Origin: a virus
Virus record (IMG/VR): IMGVR_UViG_3300024239_000016
Span: 32,001-96,000 of that record
Length of the DNA stretch: 64,000 bases
Strand: one strand, 5' to 3'
Translations under genes and position numbers: made by a program
Notes under the pieces: model-generated
Seen by the model: only the letters and a program-made list of their open reading frames with translations
The model's database searches: none
Told to the model about the DNA's origin: nothing
Shown: positions 10,604 to 20,592 of the stretch, one piece after another
Layout of the letters: the number at the start of each line of letters is the position of its first letter
How positions within the stretch are numbered: the first letter of the stretch is position 1

Positions 10604-11350
10604 ATGGCAAACCAAAATGCAATTCATTATGTCAGTACTGCGTTAGTTGATGCAAACAAATGTGGTAAGTTGAAGCGCGATAAGGAAGGCTACTACGAGA
10701 TCGTGCTCGGTGGCCTGAACGTCATTAACTCCACAGGCGCGGTATACACGATGGAAGGTGCCAGTGCACTGATGGATAAATCCAACTTGCTGAACCGCCG
10801 CTTGATGGCTCAGCGTTTGAATTCCGAACTAGGTCATCCGAAGCGTCTTCCTGGCCAGTCTGATGACGAATATTTTGCTCGCATTCTTTCGATCGAAGAG
10901 ACAAACGTTTGCAGCCACATTCGTGAGTTCCGTCTGGAGCCGCGCCAAGGTAGCGAAGAAGTGATGATCATCGGCTGGGTTAAGCCGAGTGGTCCGCATG
11001 GCGCGCATCTCGAGGCATCGTTCAACAATCCGAATGAAAATGTTTGTTATTCCATTCGTTCGTTTACTGATGACTTCCGTCACGGCTATACCCGTAAGAA
11101 AGTTCTGAAGACAGTGGTTACTTGGGATAAGGTAAATGACCCAGGTATTCATTTCGCAAACAAGCTGGACACACCCTCGCTTGAAGAACTCGATCACAGC
11201 ATCTTCACGCGCTCTCAGCTGGAGCGCATGATAAAGGATGCCAACGATGGTGGTCCCAGCATGGAGAGCATGCTGCTGTCGGCTCGCGATTTGCTATCAG
11301 CGCTGGGGCAGCCGATCGCGTCATCGACATCAGCGTTTATGCGCTGGTAA
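10604..11350 (+). CDS. Head maturation protease (phiKZ gp175 / T4 gp21 family)
   Basis: ELGHP (catalytic His), SIRS (catalytic Ser) and TWDxVxxPG motifs; C-terminal SLE/SME candidate autocleavage sites. Confidence 0.9.
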   Translation: MANQNAIHYVSTALVDANKCGKLKRDKEGYYEIVLGGLNVINSTGAVYTMEGASALMDKSNLLNRRLMAQRLNSELGHPKRLPGQSDDEYFARILSIEETNVCSHIREFRLEPRQGSEEVMIIGWVKPSGPHGAHLEASFNNPNENVCYSIRSFTDDFRHGYTRKKVLKTVVTWDKVNDPGIHFANKLDTPSLEELDHSIFTRSQLERMIKDANDGGPSMESMLLSARDLLSALGQPIASSTSAFMRW

Positions 11351-11621
11351 TTATGTCCGCCCGTGCCGACTTCAATGCGGTCTTAGAGATTGCTTCGGAT
11401 AAGGTCAGGAAAGATACACAAGTGGTAGAGGCTGTTTAGAGACCTCTACCACTTGTGATCCATATCACACCTAATCACTCAAGTCACAAAGCTGGAATTT
11501 CAAAATAAGAAATTATTAGAAGTTTCAACTGAGGCTAAAAAAAAACGGCATTTATGACATGGTGACATTTTTCCAGAGGGGACACCCCTCTGGAAAGTGC
11601 TTAGATTAACAAGGAAAGAAA

Positions 11622-12803
11622 ATGAAACGAAATGCTCCATCTGGTCTATTTACTCCTGATCCACGTACATATGCCTTCTCTCTTGAAGAGGCTCTTCTTG
11701 ATCTTGGTGCTGATTCTCTGGACGGCATTCAAGAGGTAATTGCTGAAATGGACGATGGTCCTGAGCTCACTCCAGAGACCGTTATCTCAGAAGAAGGAAT
11801 CGGAACAGATATCCGTAATGGTTTCGATGATCTCTTCCAGTACCAAGTTCTGCACTGGAAACATTTCCGCGATGTTCAGAATGATTTCTTCTCGGAGACC
11901 AATCCGAAGATAGCCCGCTACAACCAGAAGCTGAATGAAACGTGGCGTGAGTTTCAGGAAAAGAAGCACAAGTTCCGCGATGGAGAGCACCATCTATCAC
12001 TGATGGAGCTGTGGTACTTCTTCTCCAACAAGCAAGGTGCCTCGCGTAATGTGATTCGTGATCTACAGCAAGATACGGAATTCTCCAAGTTTGTCTTGGT
12101 AACCTATCGCAAGGCTGTCATCGATCAACTCTCCGCGCTGGCATCTATCGTTCAAGGAGCACGGCTGCATAGCTTGGCAGATTGCCATAAAGTTATCGAA
12201 GCCATTCAACGCTTGAAAACTATCGATGAGCTTTTCGATGACAAGTGGCTTGGCGAGGGACGTTACTTCAACGTCACTTCAGTTATCAAATCGGCAGGCA
12301 GTGTTGGTAAGGATTTTGAATTCGATGGTAAGTCATACTCGCGCGCCACTGAGCTGAGCTCCGGTGCGCGAGTTGTCGAGAAGAAATCAAAGGGCCATAC
12401 AGCCATGAAAGTTGTTGCTAATGTAACCAACATTGGCGCAGCTATCAAGGGATCATCGATCGCCCCAATGGAAATCTCTACCAATGAAATTGGCGAGATC
12501 ATCATGTTCGGTAAAGATTACGTTGCCAATCTCGATACTGGTCTGGAGCTCAGCAACAGCGCTGAGCGAGCAACCAATGCGCTCATGCGTGGCGTCGAAG
12601 CAATGCGTGGGAGCTCTCACATTCCTGCTGACGATATTCCCGAACTGCGTAAGTTTGTGAAATTCGTTGGTCAGGTTGCGGATAGTTATATTGCCGCGCT
12701 GAAGCAACCATTTGGTGCAGAAGTCATTCGCTCTATCAAAGGAGCCAAGTACTGCTACTACATTGGTCTGCGTTGCATATACAACGCCTCCAAATACATC
12801 TGA
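11622..12803 (+). CDS. Probable internal head protein with protease-cleaved propeptide
   Basis: Acidic N-terminus with S-x-E sites (FSLE, ISEE), the motif cleaved by the phiKZ gp175 protease. Confidence 0.55.
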   Translation: MKRNAPSGLFTPDPRTYAFSLEEALLDLGADSLDGIQEVIAEMDDGPELTPETVISEEGIGTDIRNGFDDLFQYQVLHWKHFRDVQNDFFSETNPKIARYNQKLNETWREFQEKKHKFRDGEHHLSLMELWYFFSNKQGASRNVIRDLQQDTEFSKFVLVTYRKAVIDQLSALASIVQGARLHSLADCHKVIEAIQRLKTIDELFDDKWLGEGRYFNVTSVIKSAGSVGKDFEFDGKSYSRATELSSGARVVEKKSKGHTAMKVVANVTNIGAAIKGSSIAPMEISTNEIGEIIMFGKDYVANLDTGLELSNSAERATNALMRGVEAMRGSSHIPADDIPELRKFVKFVGQVADSYIAALKQPFGAEVIRSIKGAKYCYYIGLRCIYNASKYI

Positions 12804-13183
12804 TGCAAAAGTCGATCATTCTTATTGATTTCGATGGCACCTGTTGTAAATCTAAGTATCCTGAAATCGGTGAGGATATTGGAGCAGAGCCGGTGCTAAA
12901 GAAATTAGTGGCTAAAGGCCATAAGCTGATCCTGTACACTATGCGATCAGGTAAGCAGCTAGATGATGCGGTCAGGTGGTTTGCTACACGTCAGATTCCG
13001 CTTTATGCGGTTGGTAAAGATCCTAACCAGCACAAATGGACATCCTCTAACAAATGCGCTGGCGATTTGGTTATTGATGATATCGGCCTTGGTATTCCTT
13101 TAATTCAGCCGTTAATTGGCGAACAGGCATACGTGGATTGGAAGGCAGTCGAAAGACTGCTGATAGATAGAGGGTATCTTTAA
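12803..13183 (+). CDS. HAD-superfamily phosphatase (capless, BT0820-like)
   Basis: IDFDGT motif I, YTMR motif II, K...DLVIDD motifs III/IV; ATG overlaps the previous TGA. Confidence 0.85.
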   Translation: MQKSIILIDFDGTCCKSKYPEIGEDIGAEPVLKKLVAKGHKLILYTMRSGKQLDDAVRWFATRQIPLYAVGKDPNQHKWTSSNKCAGDLVIDDIGLGIPLIQPLIGEQAYVDWKAVERLLIDRGYL

Positions 13184-13191
13184 TTAATCTC

Positions 13192-13222
13192 ATACCACAC
13201 GCCCCAGTGGGGCGTGTGGTAT
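13192..13222. terminator. Long GC hairpin, probable terminator
   Basis: ATACCACACGCCCC-AGT-GGGGCGTGTGGTAT. Confidence 0.7.
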
Positions 13223-13233
13223 AGAGTATTTCA

Positions 13234-13301
13234 TTTACATATAACCTTACTGAATAGCTTTAACAATTCCGTTAAAGCGCATCCATGCCAAGGAGAAAAT
13301 C
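13234..13301 (+). promoter_or_regulatory. Early-promoter/hairpin/RBS leader cassette, copy 1
   Basis: TTTACATATAAC (variant of the phiKZ early motif TATATTAC) + hairpin + CATCCATGCCAAGGAGAAAATC; near-duplicate at 44633-44702. Confidence 0.65.
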
Positions 13302-13703
13302 ATGGAAAACTTTGAAATGCTTCAGAATGAATTCCGCAACAAGCGAATCGGCAATGAGCAGTTCCAAATCATGTTGGCGATGATCCAGGAGATCGCCAAT
13401 TGCTCTGATGAAGAGCACACGAAGTTCTATCAAATGGCAACTGCCAATGAAGGCTGCGAGACAGTGAAAGCTGTGCTGGCAGACGCATCGAAGATGCGGA
13501 TTGCATTTGGTGCGATCGCTGGTGCGATGCAGCGCACCGGCGCATGTCCTGAAACTAAGGACAAGGTCAAGTTCGACGAATTCATCAACGCATTCATCGA
13601 TGAGCTGATCTTCATTGACCGGCTCAACCAGGGCGAAATCGAAGCCCTTGTGGCATCTATGACCAGAGACTGGATGGAACAAAATGCAGCCAATCCGTAC
13701 TGA
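13302..13703 (+). CDS. Hypothetical protein (probably early)
   Basis: Strong RBS AAGGAG, 133 aa. Confidence 0.8.
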   Translation: MENFEMLQNEFRNKRIGNEQFQIMLAMIQEIANCSDEEHTKFYQMATANEGCETVKAVLADASKMRIAFGAIAGAMQRTGACPETKDKVKFDEFINAFIDELIFIDRLNQGEIEALVASMTRDWMEQNAANPY

Positions 13704-13798
13704 AAAGCGCAGTCTTGACAAAAACCAGCCTACTTGGTTGGTTCGTAGTATCATGTTGATGATTATTGCCGGCGCTCTGTTAGCGTTGGCGATTTAAC

Positions 13799-13829
13799 AA
13801 AACAGCCCCAAAAGGGCTGTTTTTTTTTT
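13799..13829 (+). terminator. Intrinsic terminator
   Basis: AAAACAGCCC-CAAAA-GGGCTGTTTT followed by a long T-run. Confidence 0.85.
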
Positions 13830-13887
13830 GTTCAAAACCAAAGATATTGTGCTTAGCTCGTATTAATAAATCCACCGAGGACTCATC

Positions 13888-15228
13888 GTGAAACAACATC
13901 TTGAACTGGCTAAAGACATCATCGAAAATGGCAGCTATCGGCCTGGTCGCGGCAATCAACCGACGCGTGCATTATTCGGCAAGCAGATGACTTTCGATCT
14001 GATGGACGGATTACCAATCTCTACTACGCAATACATCGATTTTCGTTCGTTGCTGGCTGAACTTTTCTGGTTTCTTTCTGGCAGTACCAACAACGATGAG
14101 CTAATTCATCTTGGCGCAAAATTCTGGACTCCCTGGGCGCTCGAGGAAAATGTTCTCAAGAACACTCCCGTCGATGGTTATACTCGTGCTTGCTCGCTGG
14201 CTATCAAAATGAACCAGAGCGTTTCGGAAATGATCAAGCATCTGAATGGGCTATCTATGGGAGATGCTGAAGCTCTGATGCAAGAGTACGGCATTAAAGA
14301 CCACGAGTCAGTCGTCGCTATCAAAAAAGGATCGCTTGGCCCGATCTACGGGGAGATGTGGCGGAATTTCAATGGTGCGGATCAGATCGCTCAGCTGGTG
14401 AAAAATTTACTCAGCAATCCATATTCGCGGCGCCATGTTGTTAGTAGCTGGAATCCCAGCCTACTCCCAGATGAGGCTCTGTCCCATAGTCAGAATGTAA
14501 TGGCTGGTAAACAGGTTCTGCCTCCATGCCATCCGCTGTGGCAGGTATTTGTTGCTCCCGTCACACCTAAGCAGCTGGTCAAATATCTTCAACATAATCG
14601 GTTCGTTCTGCCATATATGATCAACTGCCAGGAGATGATCAACGAGATAATCTCAGAGCTGCAAAAACTATCTACCGATGGCTCGCGTTTATCAGCCAAT
14701 GAGAGAGATGAGCGGCTGAAAGAGATCGTTTCGATGTACCAATTCGAAAACACGTGTGAGCTAGTCGGGTATAGCGATAGTTTTAAACGTGAGAAGATCT
14801 CTCTTCCGATCAACCGCCTATCATTGCAGCTGTATGCTCGCTCGCAGGATTTCATGGTTGGTACAGTTGTGAATGTTCCGTCGTATGCAGTACTGACGCA
14901 TATTCTGGCCGCAGTGATCAATGCTGTTCCTGGCGATTACATCCACACCATGGGCGATTGCCACATCTACGAGAACCAGATCGATCAAGCACAATTGCAG
15001 CTGGATCGCAGACCTATGCCTCTACCAGCATTAGCTCTACCGGATCATTTTTACTCATACAACTGGGAGAAATATGTTCACTCCCGGCCGCAATACATGA
15101 TGAATATCTTTACTGATAGATCATTAGATCCTTACGGTCTTGCCGATGGCCATCCATTCTCACTTGATGATTTTAAACTATTGGGTTACGATCATCACGA
15201 GAAGATCAAGTACAAAGTTTTGGTGTGA
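13888..15228 (+). CDS. thyA: Thymidylate synthase with large insertions
   Basis: ELFWFLSGSTN, LGPIYG, SRRH, LPPCH (catalytic Cys), RSQD...N and GDCHIYENQ motifs. Confidence 0.95.
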   Translation: MKQHLELAKDIIENGSYRPGRGNQPTRALFGKQMTFDLMDGLPISTTQYIDFRSLLAELFWFLSGSTNNDELIHLGAKFWTPWALEENVLKNTPVDGYTRACSLAIKMNQSVSEMIKHLNGLSMGDAEALMQEYGIKDHESVVAIKKGSLGPIYGEMWRNFNGADQIAQLVKNLLSNPYSRRHVVSSWNPSLLPDEALSHSQNVMAGKQVLPPCHPLWQVFVAPVTPKQLVKYLQHNRFVLPYMINCQEMINEIISELQKLSTDGSRLSANERDERLKEIVSMYQFENTCELVGYSDSFKREKISLPINRLSLQLYARSQDFMVGTVVNVPSYAVLTHILAAVINAVPGDYIHTMGDCHIYENQIDQAQLQLDRRPMPLPALALPDHFYSYNWEKYVHSRPQYMMNIFTDRSLDPYGLADGHPFSLDDFKLLGYDHHEKIKYKVLV

Positions 15229-15334
15229 TCCAAGTTTTTTCAAGTATATATTTCATATATGAGTCGTAGCCTGATTTGTACTTCAAGTTACGGTTCGCAG
15301 ATATCTTAAGCCCATTCAAGTCAAGGAGTCTCGC

Positions 15335-16708
15335 ATGACCATCAATCGCAACATCGGCTCAGCCGAAGTCGTTACCGATATTCTGACCGAAGATCAGGTT
15401 ACCAGCAATGTCAGTCAGCCGTGCACCGCTGGCGACCCCCCGCCATCGTCTTTGGCTGCCGCACTCACGGCAGCGCTTGTGAATGTCCAGGTTAGCACCA
15501 AGTCGGAAAATCCCACCGATCTGAAGAACCTGGCAGACTATCATGCAGCTCGGCAAGCAGCAATGTGCTCCGGCTCTGGCGTCGAAGTTGATACGGAGGA
15601 ATTCGACAAGCCAATCAACCACTGCTATTCGACGACCGTTCCCAGCGGCGAATCGAATCAGGGCGCGCTGGCCGAAGCAACCGAAGATACCCTCCGGGGT
15701 ATGACCCCGCCGACATGTACCTACCACGATCTGCCGGAAGTCGTAGCAAGTCCTATTTCTTTGCCGGTAGAAGAATTATCGCCGGTCGATGATATTGCGT
15801 CGGATAATGCTTTGGCCGATGACTCCACTGTGCCTCTTCAGCAGAATACAGCGACGTCGCACATCTATAGCGAACTGCTCGAAGCAGATCTCACTGAGCG
15901 TGTCATTGGTGGGGCCCCGGGCCAAAAAGCACCGACCATTCAGTCTGCTGAAGACCTGGGCGATGCGACGGCAGCGGCTGCGTCTCAGAACAAACCGACC
16001 ATCAAGCCGAAAAAGAAGCCGAAACCGGCCAAGGTAGCAAAACCGGCACCGGTCGCTCAGCCAGCTCCGCGGCCTTATCAGGAAAAGATCTATAATCCTG
16101 ATGGCGTCACACAGGTCGCCAGCAATGTGCTGAATGTCGAACTGGCATTTGCGCTCAGGACCCACAAGGGCTATGAGTTCAATCCCGATTTCGGGAAAGA
16201 ACCCATGGAGACAACCGCAGTCGACTTTCGTCGGGTCATCCAGAAGCTGATCGACAGCGACAAGCTGTTGCCGCAGTCGGCTGACAGCCATTACCAATTC
16301 ATCGGTCGGTTTGTGCAGCTGTTTGGTTTGGTGCGCGCTGCTGTTATTCGCTCACCTGCTTGCTACAACACTTTCCGTGAAATGTACAATCAGGCTGTGC
16401 TGAATGACGCTCGTCCCAAGATCGAAGCCGAGATCATGCAGAAGATCGAGGAAGAATCGAAATTCAACTTCGCCACCACTGGCGATGCTGAGTACGATGA
16501 ATTCCTCGTGGATGTTGTGAAGTTCAACTGGGAGTTCGAGAAGACCGACTCCCGGATGGAATACGCTTTGTGCATTCAGCGGCTCAATTCGCTCGCACGG
16601 CGTGCTTACGAGAAAGCCGATCAGGGTAACCACATGTATCGGGTTACTCTGTATCATTACGCGACTGCCAGTGGCGTCAATCTGACGACACTGCTGGCCG
16701 GCTTGTAA
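15335..16708 (+). CDS. Hypothetical protein; low-complexity acidic/Pro/Lys-rich N-terminal half, helical C-terminal half
   Basis: RBS AAGGAG, 457 aa, TATATTTC-type motif upstream, terminator after. Confidence 0.8.
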   Translation: MTINRNIGSAEVVTDILTEDQVTSNVSQPCTAGDPPPSSLAAALTAALVNVQVSTKSENPTDLKNLADYHAARQAAMCSGSGVEVDTEEFDKPINHCYSTTVPSGESNQGALAEATEDTLRGMTPPTCTYHDLPEVVASPISLPVEELSPVDDIASDNALADDSTVPLQQNTATSHIYSELLEADLTERVIGGAPGQKAPTIQSAEDLGDATAAAASQNKPTIKPKKKPKPAKVAKPAPVAQPAPRPYQEKIYNPDGVTQVASNVLNVELAFALRTHKGYEFNPDFGKEPMETTAVDFRRVIQKLIDSDKLLPQSADSHYQFIGRFVQLFGLVRAAVIRSPACYNTFREMYNQAVLNDARPKIEAEIMQKIEEESKFNFATTGDAEYDEFLVDVVKFNWEFEKTDSRMEYALCIQRLNSLARRAYEKADQGNHMYRVTLYHYATASGVNLTTLLAGL

Positions 16709-16785
16709 TCTGCAGTACGCATTAAACAATAGAGGAGCCGTTAGGCTCCTCTATTGTATTTTTTTTTTACGCTATAGGACACAAA

Positions 16786-17052
16786 ATGATCATTGCACAA
16801 ACGAAACCTAAACCGGCCGGTATTAAGCTATCGGCAGTTCAGTTCAATGGCGACCCATCTGTTCATCCGAACATTTTTCATAGCACCGACCCAAAGCCGC
16901 ACTGGCGATTTGGTGGCGAAGACCACGGTGGTCCATATGACAGCGGCAGTTCTTACTTAGAGGAAGGGACATGGATTATTGGAACCGGAGTAAATTCTTT
17001 CCTAGTCGATAGCAAGACGTTTGAGAGAGACTGGCAGATAGTTTCTTTTTAA
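16786..17052 (+). CDS. Hypothetical protein
   Basis: RBS AGGA; AVQFNG...G-W-I-I...FERDW pattern common in small phage proteins. Confidence 0.7.
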   Translation: MIIAQTKPKPAGIKLSAVQFNGDPSVHPNIFHSTDPKPHWRFGGEDHGGPYDSGSSYLEEGTWIIGTGVNSFLVDSKTFERDWQIVSF

Positions 17053-17157
17053 CGGAATGTGTTAGAAAAAAATATAAGTATATATTCCATACACGTATGT
17101 GTTGTTCTTATGAGAACTTTTTCTTTTTTTTTCTAACAATGTAAAAAATCACAACCA

Positions 17158-17165
17158 TATATTAC
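17158..17165 (+). promoter_or_regulatory. phiKZ-type early promoter motif TATATTAC
   Basis: Exact TATATTAC in AT-rich intergenic DNA. Exact copies also at 46192-46199, 51971-51978 and 58427-58434; CATATTAC at 27302 and 43235. Confidence 0.65.
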
Positions 17166-17207
17166 AGCTATGACGGTAGTTAAATAATCTCAACGAAAGG
17201 AAAGCAA

Positions 17208-17762
17208 ATGAGTTATCCTGGGTTTCCAAATAGGGCTGGAATGCCTGTAATTGAAAACAACGCTATTCTGGATGCTGAACTTCAAGCAGCTGGAATCATT
17301 CCCATTTATGAGCAAGTGAGCAGAGAGCTAACCTCCGTGAAAAACGGACAGAGAGATAAGTTCACTCTTGAATCATGGGCAAAGAGCACTCTAGCAAATT
17401 TTGTCATTGAAGGATCTGGAGAAGTAAAAACGCACATTATCGGTTTCCTTCATGGCTGGGAATTCAAGCGCAATTGGTATTACTGGGTAGCGAAAGGACC
17501 TGGCATACCTCCTGAATATGCGTCGCAGCTACATCAGCTCCATGGGGCTTACGTCCGCGTCGATGGCCATGCATCTGGACCAGATCCGATCGAGTACTGT
17601 AAAGGATTTGCGGTCGGTAGCTACCATATCGACAAACCTGTCGGATTGCATGCTTTTGCGACAATGTTGAATCAGATCGTTGAGGATAATTTGAAATTCA
17701 GGGAAGCCAGAGCTTTTAAAAGACAGATTGCAAATCTTCGACCGAGACAAACTGGGAGGTAA
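17208..17762 (+). CDS. Hypothetical protein
   Basis: RBS AAGGA, 184 aa, GWxFxRxWYYW motif. Confidence 0.75.
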   Translation: MSYPGFPNRAGMPVIENNAILDAELQAAGIIPIYEQVSRELTSVKNGQRDKFTLESWAKSTLANFVIEGSGEVKTHIIGFLHGWEFKRNWYYWVAKGPGIPPEYASQLHQLHGAYVRVDGHASGPDPIEYCKGFAVGSYHIDKPVGLHAFATMLNQIVEDNLKFREARAFKRQIANLRPRQTGR

Positions 17763-17766
17763 GAGT

Positions 17767-18387
17767 ATGTTGAACTATAGCGACTTCGATCCGGTCTACT
17801 ATATACGGGCCATCAAAGAGGCCTATAGAGAACGCTGGGTTTTAAACGACCCTGCCCACAGAGAAGATCACTTCGACAATGTCTATGCAACGGCACTGAA
17901 GATCAATGATGATCTGCAGCTTGGGTATGATGAGAAGAGGATTGCAATTTTCGCCTATTTCCACGATTTGTTTGCATGGTCTCGTATCAACCACCATCAG
18001 CTCAGCTGTGCGTTCGTCCTAACTACAGACGACAAATTGATCTCAGACGTCGTTGGTCCACCAGACGTTCCGTTACTTGACAGATCGATTATTGCCTACG
18101 GATGTCTGGAGCACCGAGCCACGTTTAAGGGTAAATATTCTCATCATTTTTCCGAGCTGTGCTCAGCAGCCGATCGGGGCCTACCAACGGATGTACAGAC
18201 CTTAGTAGATCGAGCGATCAAATATAGAGCGCGCGATGGGGAGGTCACCAGCAGCATCGTGAGCGATGCGATCGCTCATGTGAAAGAGAAATTTGGCCGC
18301 CACGGCTATGCCAGGTACCCAAAACTGTACCATGATGCATTTGGCGACACTATCGAGAAACGCTATCAGGATATTGACAATCTTTGA
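17767..18387 (+). CDS. HD-domain metal-dependent phosphohydrolase
   Basis: HxxxH...FHD...HH...EHR...AADR; ATG 17767 after GGAGG. Confidence 0.85.
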   Translation: MLNYSDFDPVYYIRAIKEAYRERWVLNDPAHREDHFDNVYATALKINDDLQLGYDEKRIAIFAYFHDLFAWSRINHHQLSCAFVLTTDDKLISDVVGPPDVPLLDRSIIAYGCLEHRATFKGKYSHHFSELCSAADRGLPTDVQTLVDRAIKYRARDGEVTSSIVSDAIAHVKEKFGRHGYARYPKLYHDAFGDTIEKRYQDIDNL

Positions 18388-18388
18388 T

Positions 18389-18895
18389 ATGCCGGAAGTT
18401 CAAATGAAAAAATTACTGGCTCTTAACAAAGGTAGCAAGATGCGAGAAAGCATGCTCGCTTCTGTAATTCGCTCAGCGGTTGCTCTATCTATGAGTTCCG
18501 TAAAAAAGAAATTTTTTCTGTCGCTTAAGTACGGGGAAGAGTTACGTTGGTCAAATGACCTAGCACTGAATATCCGAGCGGAAATCGTCTTTAATCCATT
18601 AGAAAAATCAATTCAGATACATTCCCCATCGATAGATGGGGAATGTATCCCTGTTAAACTTGACATCGGTATCAATACCAGGGGCTTAAATCCATCGTCG
18701 ATCAAAGACGCTCTCTTTGCCGAGTGTATAAATCACGTCATTAAGGTGATTTTTCCAAAAGCCGAAATAAATCTAACCAAAGATAATCTAACTGATTTTC
18801 TTATTCAGCAAATAGAGCACACCTCCCCAGCGAAAATGAGAGAGGATCTTTACATTCGTTTAAGATGGATCAGTAGTAACTGTACATTTTTCTAA
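18389..18895 (+). CDS. Hypothetical protein (start uncertain)
   Basis: ORF in a tightly packed operon. Confidence 0.6.
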   Translation: MPEVQMKKLLALNKGSKMRESMLASVIRSAVALSMSSVKKKFFLSLKYGEELRWSNDLALNIRAEIVFNPLEKSIQIHSPSIDGECIPVKLDIGINTRGLNPSSIKDALFAECINHVIKVIFPKAEINLTKDNLTDFLIQQIEHTSPAKMREDLYIRLRWISSNCTFF

Positions 18896-18917
18896 ATACC
18901 CAACCTGGAGTAAAGAT

Positions 18918-19307
18918 ATGTCTGATTCCTTGAAAATCTCGATTGTAAGGCTTCTGGTTTTGAGACCAGATTTGCACATCGAAGACATAAAAGTAACTCG
19001 TAACAATCTGGATAACGGCATTGAAGTGTGCGTGAATCAATCAGTACAAGTTGTTATACTGCCTGATGATGGAGTATGCTTGGCGCAAGTAAACAAAACC
19101 ACCTACTGCGGAAACATTGTCAATCCGATTGACCAAACAGTTGAGTATTATATCACAGCAACTGTAGATATCTCGACTGGAGCGATATCTACCGTCAGCA
19201 ATACCAGAATAAACGGATCTATCCAAGAGATCAATCACGTGATTGATGTTTATTTTGACATTTCCGCTACTCGCTCTAATAAGAGAAGCAAAAGGAGGAC
19301 CCAATGA
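18918..19307 (+). CDS. Hypothetical protein
   Basis: RBS GGAG, 129 aa. Confidence 0.7.
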   Translation: MSDSLKISIVRLLVLRPDLHIEDIKVTRNNLDNGIEVCVNQSVQVVILPDDGVCLAQVNKTTYCGNIVNPIDQTVEYYITATVDISTGAISTVSNTRINGSIQEINHVIDVYFDISATRSNKRSKRRTQ

Positions 19308-19699
19308 ACATTGGCTTTAATATCAATACAACCCAAACAACGGAAGAGATTAAAGAGCTCCTCCGTAAGCGCATGCTGGACTTTGCGAAAAAGGAAATTG
19401 ATAACATGCTTATCACTCCTACTCAGATTGCAAATATGTCATCCAGGGAACTAAAAGAGCTGAACAATCAGACTGGAATGCTGCACGCTCTCATCAGCGA
19501 TAAGTTGAATAACTTTGCGCTAGAATACGCGGCTTCCGGTAAAATTGAAGCTTACATCGAGCGTAACGTTGATCACGCCATGGAGGTCGCAGTCAATAAA
19601 GCACTCGAACATAAAGCCAATGCGCTTGCTTTCAAAGCCATAAAGGATAGGAAATTCCCGATACCACTGGGCATCCCTGATATCCCTTTGATGGGTTAG
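19304..19699 (+). CDS. Hypothetical protein
   Basis: RBS AGGAGG, ATGA overlap with the previous gene. Confidence 0.8.
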   Translation: MNIGFNINTTQTTEEIKELLRKRMLDFAKKEIDNMLITPTQIANMSSRELKELNNQTGMLHALISDKLNNFALEYAASGKIEAYIERNVDHAMEVAVNKALEHKANALAFKAIKDRKFPIPLGIPDIPLMG

Positions 19700-19773
19700 C
19701 TGCATCTATAGGTAGGCTAGCATAGTTTGTTAGCCTACCAGTATATAGTGGCTTAATTAATTGGTAAAACGTC

Positions 19774-20100
19774 ATGAGCTCAAAGATCACGTATCAAAAA
19801 AGAAATGAACTTCTGCATGAGAAAATAAAAGATATCTGGAAGGATTGGTTGGGCTCTGAAGCAAAGCTTTTCAATGCGGTAATATCCGCCAACAAACAGT
19901 TGCTCAAGCCAATTCCAGGATCAAATGGATTATCGGTTTTAGTCATCGCGCACCCACGGGCCGATCAAGTATCGCTAATTGAAGACGTAACCGATGCTGA
20001 TTGGTGTTACGACCACGATGATCGGCTGCAAAATTTCCAGCTATCATTTTTTGGCAGGCTCTCGCGATCAGTGGTCAAAGAAAACACTCTTTCTATATAA
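19774..20100 (+). CDS. Hypothetical protein; may extend to 20342 by a -1 frameshift
   Basis: 108 aa ORF; the overlapping -1 frame is open from 20022 to 20342. Confidence 0.55.
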   Translation: MSSKITYQKRNELLHEKIKDIWKDWLGSEAKLFNAVISANKQLLKPIPGSNGLSVLVIAHPRADQVSLIEDVTDADWCYDHDDRLQNFQLSFFGRLSRSVVKENTLSI

Positions 20101-20351
20101 AGAAATCAATCGATGTATGTTCCAACTATGTACATCTGGAAGACTGCTTAGCGTTTAAGGTCTATATTCGCTGTATGCTAATGGCGCTCTACATCCATGA
20201 TGTTAGCGAACAAGATGGCTGGAGTGTCTGGTTTAGCTTCAATAAGAAAAGAATTAAGAATTTTCCAGAGCACGACAAAATAAAAGAATTTCGTCGCTTC
20301 CTGAATCAGCAGTCGATCGCCAAGATAATTGAATTAAAATAGGGGAAGGCA

Positions 20352-20591
20352 ATGAGATTTTTCAAATGGTTAGAAGATCTGTTCTGCTCAATGTTTGAAA
20401 CTGACCTCGATTACGAACCAATCAGCACCCGTGAATCTCAAAACGAGGCAAAAGAGCCCCTGGAATTCACCAATGTCGAAGATCTCAGTCCCCAAGTAAA
20501 ACACGAATTGGCTACAGAACTAATTAGCCGGACCAAATCGGAATTTACCTGGCGCAAAGCCAACCCATTACAAAATAAAACTGGAGAGTGA
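20352..20591 (+). CDS. Hypothetical protein
   Basis: Purine-rich RBS, 79 aa. Confidence 0.65.
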   Translation: MRFFKWLEDLFCSMFETDLDYEPISTRESQNEAKEPLEFTNVEDLSPQVKHELATELISRTKSEFTWRKANPLQNKTGE

Positions 20592-20592
20592 T

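Noticed and set aside
13888-15228. dCMP hydroxymethylase or DNA hypermodification enzyme
   Set aside because: The specificity residue is Asn, and no modification cluster lies nearby
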